This document shows positions 61,438 to 64,000 of a stretch of DNA of 64,000 nucleotides, one piece after another. The notes under the pieces are model-generated. The model was not told the origin of the DNA. It saw only the letters and a program-made list of their open reading frames with translations, and ran no database searches. This stretch comes from Dipteris shenzhenensis (lineage: Eukaryota). Both the position numbers and the translations under genes were made by a program. Position 1 is the first letter of the stretch, and every line of letters begins with the position of its first letter. Location of the stretch: assembly GCA_047967505.1 (NCBI GenBank), contig CM106538.1. One strand, 5' to 3'.

Positions 61438-62148
61438 TTACTCGAGGACGGTGCTTCTGTGTATTTTCAAATGCGTGTCATAAACCGCGGGCATTTCACC
61501 TCGAGCCTTCTGGTTGATCAGAGTTCTTACTTTCCGCTTGAAGAAAGCCTCGAATAATGCTTCATAATCCGCTTTAAGGACATGGCATTCCTCTTTTCTG
61601 CAGTTCGGGTTATCACAATGCTTGCTCGAACCTGCCTGTATTATTGCCAGCGCTATAGCCAAAGGCGTGGTATCTATACCGACGCTAGACACGGACAGCT
61701 TCTGTCCCGCAGCTATTATCACGCAAAGACGAGGAGCGAAGGACACTGTTCCTCTATCAGGCAACTCATACGTGATTCCCTCGGGGCTTTCCCAAAGAAG
61801 TCTCTCAAATTCACTAGGTTTGAGATGCTCCATTGCATTCCTTGTCGTATGATACAAATAGCTAAGGAAAAACTTCCTCAGGGCTACATATTCTGTCTGC
61901 GCACCTTTGTGGAAATACACTGTAAGCTTCTCCATTTCAGTCTGTATAGCGACCCTCTCAGTTACGACCTCCTCTTCTCTCTGCTTTATATGTTCGATAA
62001 GTTTCTGTTTGTTCACTTCAGGGTCATCGGAGTCGAGCTTTCCTCGTGAAATTCGTAGATCATTGCTAAGGATCCGAAAATCAGCGATTCGGTACTCCAT
62101 ACGCCGAATTTTGTTGTCAATCTGTCTCCAATCGGGGTGGAGCCCCAT
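61438..62148 (-). CDS. Orphan protein, 236 aa from MGLHPDW (possibly 249 aa via a 3' intron 61346-61441 and exon 61303-61345)
   Basis: Stop-free ORF with normal amino-acid composition amid decayed DNA; CT-rich leader upstream; coiled-coil-like N-half; HCDNPNCRKEECH cysteine cluster; GA|GTAAG donor and TTTTCACAG acceptor. Confidence 0.65.
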   Translation of the reverse strand: MGLHPDWRQIDNKIRRMEYRIADFRILSNDLRISRGKLDSDDPEVNKQKLIEHIKQREEEVVTERVAIQTEMEKLTVYFHKGAQTEYVALRKFFLSYLYHTTRNAMEHLKPSEFERLLWESPEGITYELPDRGTVSFAPRLCVIIAAGQKLSVSSVGIDTTPLAIALAIIQAGSSKHCDNPNCRKEECHVLKADYEALFEAFFKRKVRTLINQKARGEMPAVYDTHLKIHRSTVLE

Positions 62149-64000
62149 ACGAAAGTAAAGAAGAGTCGTAAGATGAGGAGGAGGGTGGACGAAAGAGAGG
62201 GAAGCGAGGAGGGGATCGAACTGGAAAGGGCGTTTGAGGAGGTGCAAATGGCGACGGAGGGAGGGGAAGCGGTGAAAGCTGGAGGCAAAGGGGGTAGCAG
62301 AAAACAGGGAACCGGAGGCTTTGGAAACAGTTTCCATGGCAATGCTAGGCTAGGCTAGCAGGGAGTTCCCCGCTGCCTCACTACCATGCGCAGGCTAAGA
62401 TTGCCTATAGATGGCTCTACACACCTGACCTAGCAAGATTGCTTGCCCGCCCACATCCAGCCCACCGGTGGCCCAGATGCATCCGATGTACCCCACCGCC
62501 TCTCGTCCACTTTTTTTGGCCTGCCCATCCCATGGGAAGGTTCAAGGCTGGGTTGAGACCATGGAGACACAAAATGGTTCGTCCATGGACTTGTCCATTA
62601 AAGGAAAAGTTGTCCAGCCCACCCCCCACCCAAGCCCCGCCCTTGAGAAAAATGTGTTGTTTTGCCCCTCTGTCCGCCTGTTGTGAATACCACACGATCG
62701 TGGTCCATCCGCGCTCCTTTACCGTCACTTGGTCTAAACCCAACCTAAGTGAACACTCGGGGATTTCTATTATGTATGAGGATTGTGCCGATCGTGCAAG
62801 GAGTAGTGGCTTCATTAAAGGTGAATTATTTTGTCTTGAGGTGGAGTTAATGAGGGTGTAAAGTTTCGCCTCTCCTCGTTCTTTGGGGAAGCTTTCTCCG
62901 CCTCTCTTCGTTGCGTGGGTTCTGCTCAAGTTCCTTCACTACGTTGTACTCCATGGGTTGTGCTGAGATTTTTGGGAAGCCTCACGGTAATTGCGTGTGG
63001 CCTTTTCAATGGCGTGAGTTTCTACACAATTGTGTTGATGAGCTTGTGGTGCGTTTTGAGTGCATTTGTTATAGAGGTGATGAGTCTACTGTGTTGGTTG
63101 CATGTCAGGTCTATGGTGGAGCTGGATTATTAGAAGAGAATAGCTTGATCAGTGGAGTTTTGTTTAGGTCTGTTAATCTAGCTCGGTTAAGAGAATAGCT
63201 TGGATCAGTGGAGCTTTGTTTGCATCATCATTGGAATAGCTTGGAATAGTTTGCATCACTAGAGCTGTGTGGTTGCATTGACAGGTATTAGTTGAATAGC
63301 TTGGATGAGCCTACTTTCGAGTCTCTTGTGTTGCTTACATGTTGGTTTGATGTTCAACATTGATTAGCAAACTTAAAATTGATTAGTACATGAATAGCGT
63401 GCATTGGAATAGCTTGGAGGAGTTTGGTCTTTCATCTGAGTTTGCTGTGTTGATATTGTGGTGAAGATCAATTAGCAAAGCTTTATTCTTCTATGGTTGG
63501 CTTGGATTGAAGGAAAATTTGTCATTTGATCATGTGCATGCTTCATTGAGGGTTTGGGCAATTCACTTTGTGCTACTTTTTGCGCTGGTGTGTAGTCTTC
63601 AATGGTTGCCTTCAATTCAAGGAGGGCAGGAGATATCACTAGGATAGGTTGCACTGAGGCAAACAATATTCTTCAAGTCTACTATTTCATTCTACTCTGC
63701 TGCATTGGTTGCATGTTGGCTTTGTGGTCGAGATGGATTAGGAGAGCTCTCTTGTTCCATCATTGGCTTAGACTGATGGAAGGATTCTTCATGGAGTGGG
63801 CTTCATGGAGTTGATTCAACGATTTGCTTCTTGATGCTTCTACATTGTTGGGTTCACTTCGATGGTTGACGAAAAAGCTCATTCTTTGAATACGGCCAGG
63901 TACTCTTGCTTCTTTTCACAATTTCGACGATTAATAGGTATTGCTTCTATGTTGGTGGGTTCTTGTGGATGGATGGCTTCGATTGAAGAAAAGATGGATG

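Noticed and set aside
62417-64000. Overlapping ORFs at the window end
   Set aside because: No recognisable motif; frequent stops; cannot assign.

Overview
Eukaryotic (land plant, most likely a large-genome non-seed plant such as a fern - inference from the TE mix, microsatellite load and intron style) DNA that is mostly nested transposable elements. It contains: one apparently intact and very young Ty3/Gypsy chromovirus (6654-14721; 1554-aa gag-pol-chromodomain ORF, LTRs identical except for a 16-bp microsatellite indel, non-canonical TG...TA ends, TSD GCTTT) sitting inside an RTE-X/CR1-like LINE that itself split an L1; a complete-bordered but RT-less Athila-like Gypsy element on the minus strand (36398-49839, TSD CTATT) whose integrase frame runs on into a retropepsin-like protease; several decayed Ty1/Copia elements, one with an LTR that is almost wholly a palindrome; many RTE-X/CR1-like LINE pieces sharing a covarying 3' stem-loop and microsatellite tails, including ORF1-only derivatives; an 8-bp-TSD hAT-type MITE; a probable non-autonomous Helitron; the last four coding exons of a conserved plant gene (28964-30975, +) whose upstream intron may span the whole first 29 kb; and an intact orphan ORF (62148-61438, -). 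No rRNA, tRNA genes or CRISPR arrays were seen. Boundaries marked approximate were read by eye; family names rest on motif recognition, not database searches.
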